Positions 1 through 12,936 of a stretch of DNA of 64,000 bases are shown here, in pieces. Source of the stretch: Candidatus Latescibacterota bacterium (GTDB lineage: Bacteria > Latescibacterota > UBA2968 > GCA-2709665); assembly GCA_965248435.1 (NCBI GenBank), contig OZ252100.1, positions 5,440,001 to 5,504,000 on the forward strand. The letters run 5' to 3'. Made by a program: the position numbers and the translations under genes. The notes under the pieces are model-generated. The model saw only the letters and a program-made list of their open reading frames with translations. It searched no databases and was not told the DNA's origin. Numbering within the stretch: the first letter of the stretch is position 1; each line of letters starts with the position of its first letter.

Positions 1-2691
1 TATACCACCCTCTGTATCGAAGACTTCATCAGGGTGATTGAGTATCTGGTGATGCTCTTTAAGGGCGAAGGCTACACGGACGATATAGATCATCTTGGCA
101 ACCGGCGAATACGCTCGGTGGGGGAACTGCTTGCCAATCAGTTTTCCATCGGACTCTCGCGAATGGTGCGGACCATCAGGGAGCGGATGAGCCTCAGGGA
201 TTCCGAGCAGCTCACCCCGCACGACCTCGTCAATGCCCGGACGGTATCTACGGTTGTGCAGGCGTTTTTCGGCAGCAGTCAGCTCTCTCAGTTCCTCCAA
301 CAGACCAATCCGCTGGATGAATTGACGCATAAGCGCCGGCTGTCCGCCCTGGGACCCGGGGGTCTGACGCGGGACAGGGCGGGCTTTGAGGTGCGCGACG
401 TCCACCACACGCATTACGGACGGATCTGCCCGATCGAAACCCCAGAGGGTCCAAACATCGGTCTGATTGCGTCGCTTTCGACCTACGCCGTTGTCAACTC
501 GTTCGGATTCCTGGAAACGCCATATCGGGTGGTGAAGAATGGGTCTGTAACGGAGGAAATCGAGTACCTCGCCGCAAATCAAGAGGACAAACATACCATC
601 GCTCAAGTCATACCGAACATTGGAAAACGGCGACGTCTTGCCGACAGTGTCGTCCAGGCCAGGCGTCGGGGAGATTTTCCTGTCGTCGGCCCCAAAGAGA
701 TCGACTACATGGACGTCTCGCCGTGCCAGCTGGTCAGCGCTGCTGCAGCGCTCATCCCATTCCTCGAGCACGATGACGCGAACCGCGCCCTAATGGGTTC
801 AAACATGCAGCGGCAGGCAGTTCCTCTGTTGAGAACCGAGGCGCCTCTGGTTGGCACGGGCATGGAACGAAAGGTGGCTATCGACTCGAAAGCTGTTATC
901 GTTGCCCGGTATCCGGGTACGGTCACGGACGTAAGCGCGGACCGAATCGTCGTCAAGCGCCATAAGGGAAAGGTCGCTGAAATCACCGACCTGTTCGACG
1001 AGGATATCTATCGTCTCGTCAAATTTAAACGTTCCAATCAGGATGTCTGCATCAACCAGCGCCCGATCGTCCAGGCAGGAGACAGGGTGGAAGCGGGCCA
1101 GGTGTTGGCTGATGGATGCGCGACGGATCGGGGTGACCTGGCGCTCGGCGCCAATGCCCTTTGCGCCTTCATGTCCTGGAACGGATACAACTTCGAAGAT
1201 GCGATCATCGTTTCCGAGCGGCTCACGAAGGCCGATATCTTCACCTCCATCCACATCGAGGAATTCGAGCTTCAGGTCAGAGATACGAAGCGAGGCGCCG
1301 AGGAGATTACTCGGGAGATTCCTAACGTAAGTGAACAGGCTGTCAGGAATCTGGATGAACACGGCATCATTCGGGTGGGCGCCGAGGTCAGGTCTGGAGA
1401 CATCCTGGTCGGTAAGGTCACGCCCAAGGGCGAGACGGAACTCTCTCCGGAAGAGCGCCTACTTCGTGCTATTTTTGGCGAGAAGGCCGGTGATGTTCGA
1501 GACGCCTCGCTGAAAGCCCCTCCCGGGATGGACGGTGTGGTGATGGACAGGAAGGTGTTTTCTCGCAAGGAGCGGGACGAGAAAACCCGAAAGGCGGACA
1601 GGGAGAAGGCTACCGCTGCGAAGAAGCGCACGGCTGTTAAAATCAAGGCGATCAAGGAGAGCCGTGACGAGCAGGTGTTCGAATTGCTGGAGGGACAACA
1701 GCTGAATCTGATCCGAAACACGGAAGACGGGTCTCTGGCGGCACGTTCGGGCAAGGTCTTTGACGAGAAACTCGCAGAACGCCTCGACCTCGATGTTGTA
1801 AGGCCGGATGAGCATTGGGTGGAGAACGCAACCATTTCCGATAAGGTCGAACGAATCATCGAGCTGGCACAGCAGCTCGTCCGGGAGGCCGAGGAAGGGT
1901 TGGAGCGCGAGTTGGAAAAGATCGCGCGAGGGGATGAATTACCTCCTGGAATCGTCCAGCTGGTCAAGGTCTACGTGGCGCGTAAGCGGAAGCTGATGGT
2001 AGGCGACAAGATGGCGGGGCGTCACGGCAACAAGGGGGTCGTCTCGATCATCGTACCAGAAGAGGATATGCCCTATCTGCCTGATGGTACCCCGGTGGAT
2101 TTCATCCTGAATCCACTGGGCGTGCCTTCGCGCATGAACCTTGGGCAGATCCTGGAGACGCACCTCGGTTGGGCCGCCCAAAAACTGGGCAGGCATATTG
2201 CAACACCCGTGTTTGACGGGGCCTCGCTGGAGAACATCAAGGAGGCCTTGAGGGAAGCGGGGCTGCCCGAATCGGGCAAGTCCGTTCTTTACGATGGAAA
2301 GACCGGAGAGCGCTTCGATAAGGAAGTCATGGTCGGTCAAATTTACATGTTGAAACTGTCACATCTTGTCAGTGACAAGATCCACGCCCGATCCATCGGC
2401 CCTTACTCGCTTGTAACACAACAGCCCCTGGGGGGCAAGGCGCAGTTCGGTGGGCAGCGGTTCGGGGAGATGGAGGTGTGGGCCCTGGAGGCCTACGGCG
2501 CCGCCTACATGTTGCAGGAGATGCTTACGGTTAAATCGGACGACGTCGCCGGGCGCTCCAAGGTCTACGAGGCTATCGTAAAAGGTGAGAACCCACCTGA
2601 GCCGGGCGTGCCCGAGTCGTTCAATGTGCTGGTGAAAGAGCTCCAGAGCCTTTGCCTAGATGTGGTGCTAGAAGATGGACGTCCTGAGTAG
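1..2691 (+). CDS. rpoB: RNA polymerase beta subunit, 5'-truncated by window edge
   Basis: Frame open from base 1; motifs [55 protein letters not shown]. Confidence 0.99.
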   Translation, partial: YTTLCIEDFIRVIEYLVMLFKGEGYTDDIDHLGNRRIRSVGELLANQFSIGLSRMVRTIRERMSLRDSEQLTPHDLVNARTVSTVVQAFFGSSQLSQFLQQTNPLDELTHKRRLSALGPGGLTRDRAGFEVRDVHHTHYGRICPIETPEGPNIGLIASLSTYAVVNSFGFLETPYRVVKNGSVTEEIEYLAANQEDKHTIAQVIPNIGKRRRLADSVVQARRRGDFPVVGPKEIDYMDVSPCQLVSAAAALIPFLEHDDANRALMGSNMQRQAVPLLRTEAPLVGTGMERKVAIDSKAVIVARYPGTVTDVSADRIVVKRHKGKVAEITDLFDEDIYRLVKFKRSNQDVCINQRPIVQAGDRVEAGQVLADGCATDRGDLALGANALCAFMSWNGYNFEDAIIVSERLTKADIFTSIHIEEFELQVRDTKRGAEEITREIPNVSEQAVRNLDEHGIIRVGAEVRSGDILVGKVTPKGETELSPEERLLRAIFGEKAGDVRDASLKAPPGMDGVVMDRKVFSRKERDEKTRKADREKATAAKKRTAVKIKAIKESRDEQVFELLEGQQLNLIRNTEDGSLAARSGKVFDEKLAERLDLDVVRPDEHWVENATISDKVERIIELAQQLVREAEEGLERELEKIARGDELPPGIVQLVKVYVARKRKLMVGDKMAGRHGNKGVVSIIVPEEDMPYLPDGTPVDFILNPLGVPSRMNLGQILETHLGWAAQKLGRHIATPVFDGASLENIKEALREAGLPESGKSVLYDGKTGERFDKEVMVGQIYMLKLSHLVSDKIHARSIGPYSLVTQQPLGGKAQFGGQRFGEMEVWALEAYGAAYMLQEMLTVKSDDVAGRSKVYEAIVKGENPPEPGVPESFNVLVKELQSLCLDVVLEDGRPE

Positions 2692-2724
2692 CTACGATTC
2701 ATTTGTAAAAAGGGGGCAATCCTC

Positions 2725-5700
2725 GTGGTCGACGTGAATCCTTCCAGGCGACCTGTAGACTTCAGTTCCATCCGCATCCAATTAGCATCATCAGATACCA
2801 TTCGGGGATGGTCTCACGGGGAAGTAACCAAGCCTGAAACGATCAATTACAGATCATTCAAGCCGGAAAGAGACGGTCTGTTTTGCGAGCGGATCTTTGG
2901 ACCCGTTAAGGATTGGGAGTGCCACTGTGGCAAATACAAACGCATCCGGTATCGGGGAGTGGTTTGCGATCGGTGTGGCGTGGAAATCACGCAGTCTCGC
3001 GTGCGTCGGGAGCGGCTTGGACACATCGAACTTGCAGTGCCCGTATCGCACATCTGGTTTTTCAAATCGCTTCCATCCCGGATGGGTTATCTCCTGGATA
3101 TGTCCATTCGCAACCTTGAACGTGTGATTTATTACGAATCCTACGTTGTGATGGATCCTGGGGACGCCCCGGACCTGAAGTATAAAGATCTGCTTTCCGA
3201 AGACGAGGTGATGGAACTCCAGGAAAAGGGCTATAACTTCGAGGTGGAGATGGGGGCCGACGCTGTGAATCTGCTCCTCTCCCAGATTGATATCGAGGAA
3301 CTCTCGGCCGAACTGCGGACGCAGGCCCGCATGGAAACCTCTGTCCAGCGCAAGCAGGAAGCCTTAAAACGTCTGAAGGTGGTCGAGGCCTTTCGACAAT
3401 CCGACAATCACCCCGGGTGGATGATCCTCGATGCGATTCCCGTAATTCCGCCGGACCTAAGGCCGCTCGTTCCATTGGAAGGTGGTCGATTTGCCACATC
3501 GGATCTAAACGATCTATACCGGCGCGTAATCAACCGGAACAATCGCCTCAAAAAGCTGATCGAGATCAAGGCGCCAGAAGTCATCCTCAGAAACGAAAAA
3601 CGGATGCTCCAGGAAGCGGTCGACGCCCTATTCGACAACGGGAGGAGATCCAGGGCTGTGCGCGGCGACGGAAATCGCTCGCTAAAATCCCTTTCAGATC
3701 TGTTGAAGGGAAAACAGGGGCGATTTCGTCAGAATCTTCTCGGAAAGCGCGTTGACTATTCGGGGCGTTCCGTAATTGTAGTGGATCCGCAGCTGAAGCT
3801 CCATCAGTGTGGCCTACCCAAGCACATGGCGCTCGAACTCTTCAAGCCCTTCATCATCAAGCAGCTCGAAGAGAGAGGGCTTGTGCAGACGGTCAAGAGT
3901 GCAAAAAAACTGGTAGAAAGAGAGCGCGTAGAGGTTTGGGATATTCTTGAGGAAATCATAAAGGATCACTACGTGCTGCTCAACAGGGCCCCGACGCTTC
4001 ACCGTCTGGGGATCCAGGCCTTTCAGCCCGTGCTGGTCGAGGGTAAGGCGATACGCATACACCCGCTTGTTTGTGCGGCCTTCAACGCCGATTTCGACGG
4101 GGACCAGATGGCTGTCCACCTGCCGCTTTCGTTTGAGGCACAGATTGAGGCTCGCGTACTGATGTTGTCTTCCAACAACATGCTCAAGCCTGCAGACGGG
4201 TCGCCCGTCATCGTGGATAAGCCTCACGACATTGCGTTGGGGTGTTATTATCTCACCCGAATCGTCCAGAAGGATGAGGGTACTCTCAAATCCTTTACCA
4301 GCCCCTTGGACGCCTTGATGGCGCACGAATATGAGTGCATCGGGCTCCACGAGGCTATTCGGGTCAGGATCGAGGGTGAATCCGTGACTACCACCGTCGG
4401 GCGTGTGATCTTCAATGAGATCCTCCCCGAGGGCATGCCCTTCGTGAATGAACTGCTGGACAAGCAAATGATCCAGAAGGTCACATCTGACGTCCATCGA
4501 CGCTTCGGGAACAGGGCGACCGCAGAATATGCCGACGGGCTCAAGCGCCTCGGGTATGATTACGCTACTCGTTCAGGAGTCTCGGTCGCGATGGACGACG
4601 TGGTTGTGCCTCCGCAAAAACAGGATCTGATCGACGAAGCTCAGGGGGAAGTGGAAAAGATCCTTCAGCAGTATGCGCAGGGGATCATTACCGACGGTGA
4701 GCGCTACAACAAGGTTATCGACGTGTGGCAACATACTACCAACAACATCGCCCAGGTTATGAACGAGGCACTTGAGCAGGCCGAAGACGGGTTTAACTCC
4801 ATTTACCTTATGAAGGATTCAGGTGCAAGAGGAAGCGACGACCAAGTGAAACAGCTCGGAGGTATGCGTGGATTGATGAACAAGCCCCAGAAAAAGATCA
4901 CGGGTGCGATTGGCGAAATCATCGAGACACCTATTCTCGCCTCCTTCAAAGAAGGACTCTCGGTTCTGGAGTACTTTATTTCGACCCACGGCGCACGCAA
5001 GGGTTTGGCTGATACGGCGCTGAAAACAGCGGAGGCGGGCTACCTGACTCGTCGCATGGTTGATGTAGCACAGGACGTCGTTGTTGCGGAAGGGGATTGC
5101 GAGACGATACTTGGAATCGAAATGGAGGCGTTGAAGGAAGGCGAAGAGGTTGTTGAGCCTCTGGCGGATCGGATTGTCGGGCGAACCGTCCTAGAGGACG
5201 TTGAAGATCCTATTTCCGGAGACACGATCGTCGAGGCCGGTACGCTCCTAAGTGAGGAGCTTGCTGCAGAAATCGCAGACGCGGGCGTTGAGCGTGTGCA
5301 CGTCAGGTCTGTGCTCACCTGTGAAGCGCGCCGCGGTATTTGTGCCAAATGTTATGGTCGGAATCTAGCTTCCACGCGTTTGGTGGATCTCGGGGAGGCC
5401 GTTGGGGTCATCGCAGCTCAGAGCGTGGGTGAACCGGGTACACAGCTTACCCTCAGGACCTTCCACATCGGGGGTACCTCCAGCCGTATTGCGGAGCAGG
5501 CAGAGATCACTGCAAAACGGGGGGGGGTCGTCCGGTTCAATCATCTGGATCACGTGTCCAGGGGCGACGGCAGATGGGTGGTCATCGGGCGAAACGGCGA
5601 ACTGGAGGTCCAGGACGATCAGGGAAGGCCTCGGGGTGGACGATATTTTGTGCCCTATGGGGCAGTCATCAAGGTTCAAGATGATCAGACGGTTGAGGAA

Positions 5701-6816
5701 GGGGATGCCCTCTATGAATGGGATCCCTACAACAACATCATTGTGACGAGCAAGGCCGGCACGGTGCATTTCGTAGATCTGGTGGAGAACGTCACTTATC
5801 GGGAAGAGGCCGATGAGACGACTGGTCTTGCAGCGCAGGTCGTCACCGAACATCGGGACCGTACTCTTTCTCCTCGCATCCAGATCGTGGACAAACAGGG
5901 GGAAGAGATTGGGCATTACATCATTCCAGTTGGTGCCAGGCTTGTTATACACGACGGCGATCAGCTGGAGGCCGGAGACACGCTCGTTAAAATACCACGG
6001 GAGCGTAGCAAGACTAGAGATATCACTGGAGGATTGCCTCGTGTCGCGGAGCTTTTCGAGGCACGTAAGCCGAAGGATCCGTCGGTCGTGACCGAAATCG
6101 ATGGAACCGTGAGTTTTGGAGGTCTCGTTCGGGGGTCCAGGACTGTTTTTGTCACCTCCGATGACGGGGAGGAGCGCAAGTATTCGATTCCCTACGGGAA
6201 GCACCTTCGTGTCCAGGCCGGCGATCGTGTTCTGGCTGGCGATCGGCTTTCCGAGGGTTCCGTGAACCCGCACGATATTTTGAGTATTCAGGGCATCCAA
6301 ATGGTGCAGGAGTATTTGGTCAACGAAATCCAGGCTGTCTACCGGTTGCAGGGAGTCGGAATTAATGACAAGCATATCGAGACCATTGTCCGCCAGATGC
6401 TCCAGAAGGTCCAGGTGACCGATCCCGGGGATACGAATTTTCTGGAGGGGGAGATGGTGGATCGGTTCCGCTTCCAGGAAGAGAACGAGAAAGTTATTTC
6501 GGAGGGCGGCGACCCGGCCACGTTCCAGCCTGTGCTCCTTGGAATCACGAAGGCATCTCTCATGACCGAGAGTTTTATTTCTGCTGCGTCGTTCCAGGAG
6601 ACGACCCGCGTCTTGACAGAAGCGGCTGTGCAAGGGAAGGAGGACGGCCTGCTCGGTCTGAAGGAGAATGTCATTATCGGGCATCTCGTTCCTGCGGGCA
6701 CGGGAGCAGAAAAGTATCGGGGGATATACAGTGTTCCGGTCGTAAAGGAGGCACCAGAAGGGTCAGCCGCAGAGGGAAGCGAAGAAGAGGCTGAGGTTCA
6801 AGAAGTGAGCGTCTGA
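2725..6816 (+). CDS. rpoC: RNA polymerase beta' subunit
   Basis: Catalytic NADFDGD, N-terminal Zn finger, [12 protein letters not shown]; GTG start. Confidence 0.99.
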   Translation: MVDVNPSRRPVDFSSIRIQLASSDTIRGWSHGEVTKPETINYRSFKPERDGLFCERIFGPVKDWECHCGKYKRIRYRGVVCDRCGVEITQSRVRRERLGHIELAVPVSHIWFFKSLPSRMGYLLDMSIRNLERVIYYESYVVMDPGDAPDLKYKDLLSEDEVMELQEKGYNFEVEMGADAVNLLLSQIDIEELSAELRTQARMETSVQRKQEALKRLKVVEAFRQSDNHPGWMILDAIPVIPPDLRPLVPLEGGRFATSDLNDLYRRVINRNNRLKKLIEIKAPEVILRNEKRMLQEAVDALFDNGRRSRAVRGDGNRSLKSLSDLLKGKQGRFRQNLLGKRVDYSGRSVIVVDPQLKLHQCGLPKHMALELFKPFIIKQLEERGLVQTVKSAKKLVERERVEVWDILEEIIKDHYVLLNRAPTLHRLGIQAFQPVLVEGKAIRIHPLVCAAFNADFDGDQMAVHLPLSFEAQIEARVLMLSSNNMLKPADGSPVIVDKPHDIALGCYYLTRIVQKDEGTLKSFTSPLDALMAHEYECIGLHEAIRVRIEGESVTTTVGRVIFNEILPEGMPFVNELLDKQMIQKVTSDVHRRFGNRATAEYADGLKRLGYDYATRSGVSVAMDDVVVPPQKQDLIDEAQGEVEKILQQYAQGIITDGERYNKVIDVWQHTTNNIAQVMNEALEQAEDGFNSIYLMKDSGARGSDDQVKQLGGMRGLMNKPQKKITGAIGEIIETPILASFKEGLSVLEYFISTHGARKGLADTALKTAEAGYLTRRMVDVAQDVVVAEGDCETILGIEMEALKEGEEVVEPLADRIVGRTVLEDVEDPISGDTIVEAGTLLSEELAAEIADAGVERVHVRSVLTCEARRGICAKCYGRNLASTRLVDLGEAVGVIAAQSVGEPGTQLTLRTFHIGGTSSRIAEQAEITAKRGGVVRFNHLDHVSRGDGRWVVIGRNGELEVQDDQGRPRGGRYFVPYGAVIKVQDDQTVEEGDALYEWDPYNNIIVTSKAGTVHFVDLVENVTYREEADETTGLAAQVVTEHRDRTLSPRIQIVDKQGEEIGHYIIPVGARLVIHDGDQLEAGDTLVKIPRERSKTRDITGGLPRVAELFEARKPKDPSVVTEIDGTVSFGGLVRGSRTVFVTSDDGEERKYSIPYGKHLRVQAGDRVLAGDRLSEGSVNPHDILSIQGIQMVQEYLVNEIQAVYRLQGVGINDKHIETIVRQMLQKVQVTDPGDTNFLEGEMVDRFRFQEENEKVISEGGDPATFQPVLLGITKASLMTESFISAASFQETTRVLTEAAVQGKEDGLLGLKENVIIGHLVPAGTGAEKYRGIYSVPVVKEAPEGSAAEGSEEEAEVQEVSV

Positions 6817-6849
6817 AGCTGCTCTACACAACGATCCTCGGAGTTCAAT

Positions 6850-7224
6850 TTGCCTACGATCAACCAGCTTGTGCGTAAAGGTCGGAAGTTGAAGGCCAAG
6901 CGTTTTTCTGCTCCTGCTTTGCGGGGGTGTCCACAAAAGCGAGGGGTATGTACGCGTGTTTACACGACCACTCCCAAAAAGCCAAATTCCGCACTGAGGA
7001 AAGTCGCTCGCGTGCGACTGACGAATGGGATGGAGGTGACGGCGTATATCCCTGGCGAGGGTCACAATCTTCAGGAGCACTCAGTCGTGCTGATCCGCGG
7101 AGGTCGCGTGAAGGACCTGCCTTCCGTTAGATACCACATCATTCGTGGCGTCCTGGATACAACAGGTGTATCGGATCGTAGACAGGGGCGCTCAAAATAT
7201 GGGGCAAAGACCTCAAGGCAATAG
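6850..7224 (+). CDS. rpsL: 30S ribosomal protein S12
   Basis: [23 protein letters not shown]; TTG start. Confidence 0.99.
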   Translation: MPTINQLVRKGRKLKAKRFSAPALRGCPQKRGVCTRVYTTTPKKPNSALRKVARVRLTNGMEVTAYIPGEGHNLQEHSVVLIRGGRVKDLPSVRYHIIRGVLDTTGVSDRRQGRSKYGAKTSRQ

Positions 7225-7227
7225 ACC

Positions 7228-7695
7228 ATGAGAAAAGGACGCGCAGATAAGCGGGACCTTGTTCGCGACCCAAAGTTCAACAGCATTCTGGTCACCCAGT
7301 TTGTCAGCTGCCTTTTCCGTAAGGGTAAGAAAAGCGTGGGCGAACGCACGTTTTACAAGGCGCTAGATCTTATTGGAGAAAGAACCGGCAAGGATGGCGT
7401 GGAAGTCTTCGAGCGCGCCGTGGAGAATGTGAAACCCTTACTCCAAGTTCGATCCCGACGGGTTGGGGGAGCCACTTATCAGGTCCCTGTCGAGGTCAGG
7501 TACGACGAGCGGCTATCGCTGTCGTTGCGCTGGCTGATTACCTACGCGAGGGGGCGGTCGGAAAGGACGATGGCTCAGCGGTTGGCCGGTGAGTTCACGG
7601 ATGCTGCAAACAACCAGGGTCGGGCTATGCAAAGGAAGGAAGAAGCCCATCGAATGGCAGAGGCGAATCGGGCCTTTGCCCATTACCGGTGGTAG
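7228..7695 (+). CDS. rpsG: 30S ribosomal protein S7
   Basis: [28 protein letters not shown]. Confidence 0.99.
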   Translation: MRKGRADKRDLVRDPKFNSILVTQFVSCLFRKGKKSVGERTFYKALDLIGERTGKDGVEVFERAVENVKPLLQVRSRRVGGATYQVPVEVRYDERLSLSLRWLITYARGRSERTMAQRLAGEFTDAANNQGRAMQRKEEAHRMAEANRAFAHYRW

Positions 7696-7700
7696 TTAAA

Positions 7701-9806
7701 ATGGCTAGAGAATACGAACTTGGACTGATCCGGAACATCGGTATTATGGCTCATATCGATGCTGGAAAGACAACCACGACAGAGCGCATCCTTTACTACA
7801 CGGGCCGGCTCCACCGAATGGGCGAGGTGCACGACGGGGCAGCCACAATGGACTGGATGGAGCAGGAAAAGGAAAGAGGGATCACGATCACTTCAGCCGC
7901 AACAACGTGCGCATGGAATGATCACCGCATCAACATCATTGATACGCCCGGGCACGTGGATTTCACGGCGGAGGTTGAGCGTTCCCTTCGCGTTCTTGAC
8001 GGTGCTGTGGGGATTTTTTGCGCGGTTGGCGGAGTTGAGCCCCAGTCCGAAACGGTCTGGCGGCAGGCCGACAAGTATAGAGTCCCTCGAATTGCTTTCG
8101 TCAACAAGATGGACAGGACAGGGGCTGACTACTTCCGCGTATTGGACATGATGAGGGAGCGGTTGGCATCAAACTTCGTACCGGTTCAAATTCCCGTCGG
8201 TTCAGGTGAGATGTTCAATGCTTTGATCGACCTCGTCAAGATGAAGATGGTTAGCTATCAGGAGGATACGCTGGGTACGGTATTTACCGAGAGCGAGATA
8301 CCTGCGGACCTTCGGGAGGAGGCCAAGTTGCATCGTGAGCACCTCTTGGAGGCCGTTTCCGATTTTGACGATACGTTGATGGAGAAATTCTTAGAAGGTA
8401 AAGAAATCTCTGAAGAGGAAATCAAGGCTGCTATCCGAAAGGCCGTAATCAATGTGAGTGCGGTCCCTGTCTTTTGCGGAGCGTCATTCAAAAACAAGGG
8501 TGTCCAGCGCCTTCTCGACGGAATAATCGACTACCTTCCTTCTCCTATGGACGTTCCTGGAGCCGAAGGTCATCATCCAATAAGCGGAAACATTGAAGAC
8601 AGACCGGTTTCGGACGATGCTCCGTTTTCGTCGCTGGCCTTCAAGGTAGTAACGGACCCATACGTCGGCAGGCTGACCTATTTGCGTGTTTATTCTGGTT
8701 GTATCAAGTCTGGCTCGCGGGTTCTCAATATCAATAAGGACAAGAAAGAACGAATCGGGCGGATGCTACAGATGCACGCGAATAAGCGCGAAGAAATCCA
8801 GGAGCTCCACACCGGCGACATCGCTGCAGTGGTGGGCTTGAAGCAGACAGCCACGGGCGAAACCCTGTGCGCAGAAGAACAGCCTATCCTTCTTGAGTCC
8901 ATGGAATTTGCCAAACCCGTTATATCCGTGGCCATTGAGCCGAGGACGAAGGCCGATCAGGATCAATTGGGGTCTGCCCTTGGCAAGCTAGCGGAAGAGG
9001 ATCCAACCTTCCAAGTGACCCAGGACGAGGAAACGGGGCAGACGATCATCTCCGGAATGGGCGAGCTGCACCTGGAAATCATCATAGACCGGTTGATGAG
9101 AGAATTTCGGGTGGCGGCCAACGTGGGCAAACCCCAGGTTGCGTACAAGGAAGCCATTAAAAAGACCGTCAAGGTTGAGGGGAGATTCGTGAGGCAGTCC
9201 GGAGGACGCGGCCAGTACGGTCACGTTTGGCTCGAAATTGGACCAGGAGAACCCGGCACCGGCCTGTTATTCGAGAGCAAGATCGTGGGTGGCAAGGTCC
9301 CAATCGATTATGTTCCCGCGGTTCGACGGGGAGTGCGGGAGGCGATGTTGGGGGGCGCAGTTGCCGGTTATCCTATCGAGGATGCGGTTGTCACGCTGTA
9401 TGACGGGTCTTCTCACGATGTAGACTCCTCAGAGATAGCTTTCAAGATTGCCGCCTCCATGGCCTTTAGGGAAGGCGTGAAAAAGGCTGATGCGCACCTG
9501 CTCGAACCCGTAATGGATGTCGAAGTCGTCGTCCCGGAGAAATATGTCGGCGATGTGATCGGGGATCTGAATTCGCGTCGAGGGAATATTGTTGGCGTTG
9601 TGAACAGACCGGACGCGCAGGTGATTACCGCCATGGTCCCTCTAAGCGAAATGTTCGGGTATGCTACGAAGCTCAGGTCCGTTACGCAAGGGCGTGCCAT
9701 CTATTCGATGGAGTTTTCTAGGTACCATGAGCTTCCCGAGAGTATTTCCGAAGAATTGGGACTTCTGGCGAGGGGCACAAAAAGGGCACCAATCGTCAGA
9801 AAGTAA
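7701..9806 (+). CDS. fusA: Elongation factor G
   Basis: [21 protein letters not shown]; ATG at 7701 preferred to track start. Confidence 0.99.
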   Translation: MAREYELGLIRNIGIMAHIDAGKTTTTERILYYTGRLHRMGEVHDGAATMDWMEQEKERGITITSAATTCAWNDHRINIIDTPGHVDFTAEVERSLRVLDGAVGIFCAVGGVEPQSETVWRQADKYRVPRIAFVNKMDRTGADYFRVLDMMRERLASNFVPVQIPVGSGEMFNALIDLVKMKMVSYQEDTLGTVFTESEIPADLREEAKLHREHLLEAVSDFDDTLMEKFLEGKEISEEEIKAAIRKAVINVSAVPVFCGASFKNKGVQRLLDGIIDYLPSPMDVPGAEGHHPISGNIEDRPVSDDAPFSSLAFKVVTDPYVGRLTYLRVYSGCIKSGSRVLNINKDKKERIGRMLQMHANKREEIQELHTGDIAAVVGLKQTATGETLCAEEQPILLESMEFAKPVISVAIEPRTKADQDQLGSALGKLAEEDPTFQVTQDEETGQTIISGMGELHLEIIIDRLMREFRVAANVGKPQVAYKEAIKKTVKVEGRFVRQSGGRGQYGHVWLEIGPGEPGTGLLFESKIVGGKVPIDYVPAVRRGVREAMLGGAVAGYPIEDAVVTLYDGSSHDVDSSEIAFKIAASMAFREGVKKADAHLLEPVMDVEVVVPEKYVGDVIGDLNSRRGNIVGVVNRPDAQVITAMVPLSEMFGYATKLRSVTQGRAIYSMEFSRYHELPESISEELGLLARGTKRAPIVRK

Positions 9807-9862
9807 TATAGCAGTAGGCCAGTTCAGAAGGCATTGCGGGCCATTCCACAGGAGGATCGAAC

Positions 9863-11056
9863 ATGGCGAAGGAGAAGTTTGACAGGTCAAAGCCTCACGT
9901 CAATATTGGGACGATCGGGCATATCGACCACGGGAAGACGACGCTTACGTCCGCGATAACGAAGACCCTGGCGGCCAAGGGGTCAGCGGAGTACTCGCCT
10001 TTCGAGTCGATTGACAAGGCGCCCGAAGAGAAGGAGCGCGGTATCACGATCAATACGGCCCACGTGGAGTATTCGACAGAAAATCGGCACTACGCCCACG
10101 TAGACTGCCCTGGCCACGCAGATTATATAAAGAACATGATCACGGGAGCGGCACAGATGGATGGCGCCATTCTTGTCGTGAGTGCTGCCGACGGGCCGAT
10201 GATCCAAACCCGGGAGCACATTCTGCTTTCTCGCCAGGTGAACGTACCCTCGATTGTCGTTTTCATGAACAAGGTAGACATGGTAGACGACCCGGAACTT
10301 TTGGACCTCGTCGAACTGGAAGTCCGTGAGCTTCTGTCCCAGTATGATTTTCCGGGAGACGACGTCCCTGTCGTTAGGGGATCAGCTTTAAAGGCGCTGG
10401 AAACCGATGATGCGGATTCCGAAGACGCGAAATGCATTATGGAGCTGTTGGAGGCTGTGGATGACTTTATTCCCATGCCTGCTCGGGACGTCGATAGGGA
10501 CTTTCTGATGCCTGTAGAAGACGTGTTCACGATCACGGGCCGCGGTACGGTCGGCACGGGAAGAATTGAGCGGGGTATCGTCAACCTGAACGAGGAAGTG
10601 GAGATTGTCGGAATTCGGGACACCCGTAAGACGGTTGTAACTGGGGTCGAAATGTTCAGAAAGCTCCTGGATCAAGGCCAAGCCGGAGATAACGTCGGAC
10701 TCTTGTTGCGGGGTGTGAACAAAGAGGACCTGGAACGCGGGATGGTCGTAGCCAAACCGGGGTCGGTGAACCCGCACGTTCACTTCAAGGGTGAAGTATA
10801 CATCCTTACCGAGAAGGAGGGGGGGCGGAGCAAGCCTTTCTTTACTGGCTACCGTCCTCAATTCTATTTCAGGACAACGGACGTGACCGGTTCCATCGAG
10901 TTGCCCGAGGGCGTAGAGATGATCATGCCCGGCGACAACGTGACGATGGATATCAAGCTCATTGTCCCTATTGCCCTTGAAGAGCAGCTTCGCTTCGCAA
11001 TTCGTGAGGGCGGAAGGACAATAGGGGCTGGCGTGGTTACCGAAATCCTAGAGTAA
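9863..11056 (+). CDS. tuf: Elongation factor Tu
   Basis: [30 protein letters not shown]; SD AGGAGG. Confidence 0.99.
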   Translation: MAKEKFDRSKPHVNIGTIGHIDHGKTTLTSAITKTLAAKGSAEYSPFESIDKAPEEKERGITINTAHVEYSTENRHYAHVDCPGHADYIKNMITGAAQMDGAILVVSAADGPMIQTREHILLSRQVNVPSIVVFMNKVDMVDDPELLDLVELEVRELLSQYDFPGDDVPVVRGSALKALETDDADSEDAKCIMELLEAVDDFIPMPARDVDRDFLMPVEDVFTITGRGTVGTGRIERGIVNLNEEVEIVGIRDTRKTVVTGVEMFRKLLDQGQAGDNVGLLLRGVNKEDLERGMVVAKPGSVNPHVHFKGEVYILTEKEGGRSKPFFTGYRPQFYFRTTDVTGSIELPEGVEMIMPGDNVTMDIKLIVPIALEEQLRFAIREGGRTIGAGVVTEILE

Positions 11057-11070
11057 TCAAAGGAGAGCTT

Positions 11071-11379
11071 GTGCCCGCACAGAAGATCAGGATTCGCCTG
11101 AAGGCCTATGACCACGTGGCATTGGATCGTTCTGCCGACGAAATCGTCCGTACGGCCAAGCGAACGGGCGCGTTGATTTCAGGTCCAATCCCCTTGCCGA
11201 CTCGCCGCTCTCTTTACACAGTGCTTCGGGGACCTCACGTCGACAAAAAGTCGAGAGAACAGTTTGAGATGCGCGTACACAAACGTCTAATCGATATTCA
11301 TAACTCTACGCCTCAAACGGTCGATGCGCTGATGAAGCTGGACCTGCCGGCTGGAATCGACATTGAGATAAAGGTATAG
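11071..11379 (+). CDS. rpsJ: 30S ribosomal protein S10
   Basis: [23 protein letters not shown]. Confidence 0.99.
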   Translation: MPAQKIRIRLKAYDHVALDRSADEIVRTAKRTGALISGPIPLPTRRSLYTVLRGPHVDKKSREQFEMRVHKRLIDIHNSTPQTVDALMKLDLPAGIDIEIKV

Positions 11380-11381
11380 AC

Positions 11382-12011
11382 GTGCTCGGGCTGATAGGAA
11401 AAAAGGTGGGCATGACGCAGGCCTTCGGCGAGGGGGATGCACTTGTTCCAATCACGGTCGTTAAGGCAGGTCCGTGCCCCGTCCTGCAGATAAAAGACAA
11501 AGACCTCGACGGGTATTGTGCCCTGAGGCTTTGTTTTGGTGAGGTCCAGCCGGGTCGAGTAAACAGACCCTCTTTGAAGACATTCGAGAAGGCAGGGATC
11601 GCTGCCCATAAAGTCATTCGGGAATTTCGCCTGGAGGACGTATCGGGCTACGCAGTAGGTGATGTAGTAGATGTTTCCAAGTTCGAAGCGGGCGAAAAGG
11701 TGAACGTCACTGGGAAGTCGAAGGGGAAGGGTTTCCAGGGTGTCGTGAAACGGCACCATTTTAAGGGTGGACCGAAGACACACGGGCAATCGGACCGGCA
11801 CCGTGCGCCAGGTTCAATCGGACAGAGTTCCTATCCCTCCAGGGTGTTCAAGGGAATGCGCATGGCGGGCCATATGGGGGATCGCCGGGTTACTGTTAAG
11901 GGGCTGAGCGTTGTAGGGGTAGACAAGGACCGTGATTTGATCTTCTTGAAGGGCGCGGTGCCAGGTGCAAGGGGAGGCATTGTCGTCATCCAAAAACAGG
12001 GGAGCGCCTGA
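11382..12011 (+). CDS. rplC: 50S ribosomal protein L3
   Basis: GKKVGMTQ, KGKGFQGVVKRH, RAPGSIG. Confidence 0.99.
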   Translation: MLGLIGKKVGMTQAFGEGDALVPITVVKAGPCPVLQIKDKDLDGYCALRLCFGEVQPGRVNRPSLKTFEKAGIAAHKVIREFRLEDVSGYAVGDVVDVSKFEAGEKVNVTGKSKGKGFQGVVKRHHFKGGPKTHGQSDRHRAPGSIGQSSYPSRVFKGMRMAGHMGDRRVTVKGLSVVGVDKDRDLIFLKGAVPGARGGIVVIQKQGSA

Positions 12012-12643
12012 TGACGTCCGTTGAGGTGCAATCTTTCGAGGGGAAGGCTCTGGATAAGGTGGACCTTCCAGATGAAATATTTGGTGCCGAGCCCTCGGAC
12101 GGAGCAGTCTACCACGCGCTCAAGACCTATCATACCCACCAGCGTCAGGGCAACGCGTCCACGAAGACCCGGGGCGAGGTCCGGCTGACGAAACGGAAGA
12201 GGCATCGCCAGAAGGGCACGGGTCGCGCTCGCGTGGGAACCGCGGGTTCACCGATTCGGGTCGGTGGAGGCGTGGCTCACGGGCCGAAAACTCGTGATCT
12301 TAGGGAAAAAGTGAACAAGAAGACCAAACGGTCAGCGATTAGATCTTTGCTTTCGTCGAAAGCCGCAGAGGGCCAGATCCGCGTCCTTGAAGACTTCACT
12401 TTCGATGTCCCCAAAACGCGGCGCCTGGCTGATCTTATGAAGGTGTTCGAATTAGAGGACCGGAAGGCCCTCTTGCTGATGGAGGAGCCGTCTGATACGG
12501 TGTTCAAGTCTTCCAGAAATCTGAAGGGGTTGAGCGTACAGCCAGTCGCTCAGGTATCTGCTTTCGATCTGGCTTGGGCAGATACCGTCGTCTTTACACG
12601 GGCGGCGCTGAATCACCTCCAGATCCTTTGGGAGGCGGCATGA
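12011..12643 (+). CDS. rplD: 50S ribosomal protein L4
   Basis: RQKGTGRAR, GGGVAHGPK. Confidence 0.98.
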   Translation: MTSVEVQSFEGKALDKVDLPDEIFGAEPSDGAVYHALKTYHTHQRQGNASTKTRGEVRLTKRKRHRQKGTGRARVGTAGSPIRVGGGVAHGPKTRDLREKVNKKTKRSAIRSLLSSKAAEGQIRVLEDFTFDVPKTRRLADLMKVFELEDRKALLLMEEPSDTVFKSSRNLKGLSVQPVAQVSAFDLAWADTVVFTRAALNHLQILWEAA

Positions 12644-12933
12644 AGAAAGATCCAGGAAGCATCATTCGGAGACCCGTGATTACGGAGCGAGCTTCTCAGA
12701 TCCAGGAGACGAGCAACAAATATCTCTTCGAGGTTCGGAAAGACGCAAACAAGATTGAGATTCGAAAGGCAGTGGAAGAGATGTTCGCCGTCAAGGTCAC
12801 CGGAGTGAACACCACCACCGTTCACGGGAAAATGAAGCAGATGGGGCGCTTCCGAGGGCATAGTGCAAGTTGGAAAAAGGCAATCGTGACTGTGGTCGAA
12901 GGGCAGAGCATCGAATTTTTCGAGGGCGTTTAA
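12640..12933 (+). CDS. rplW: 50S ribosomal protein L23
   Basis: PVITE, ANKIEIRKAVE, WKKAIV; ATGA overlap with rplD stop. Confidence 0.97.
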   Translation: MKKDPGSIIRRPVITERASQIQETSNKYLFEVRKDANKIEIRKAVEEMFAVKVTGVNTTTVHGKMKQMGRFRGHSASWKKAIVTVVEGQSIEFFEGV

Positions 12934-12936
12934 AAG

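Noticed and set aside
5365-6684. Long antisense ORFs (439 aa here; also 43861..45054, and the alternative-frame ORF 61430..62317)
   Set aside because: Shadow frames of well-supported genes, explained by codon bias
11057-11070. L4-binding S10 leader
   Set aside because: Only 14 nt lie between tuf and rpsJ
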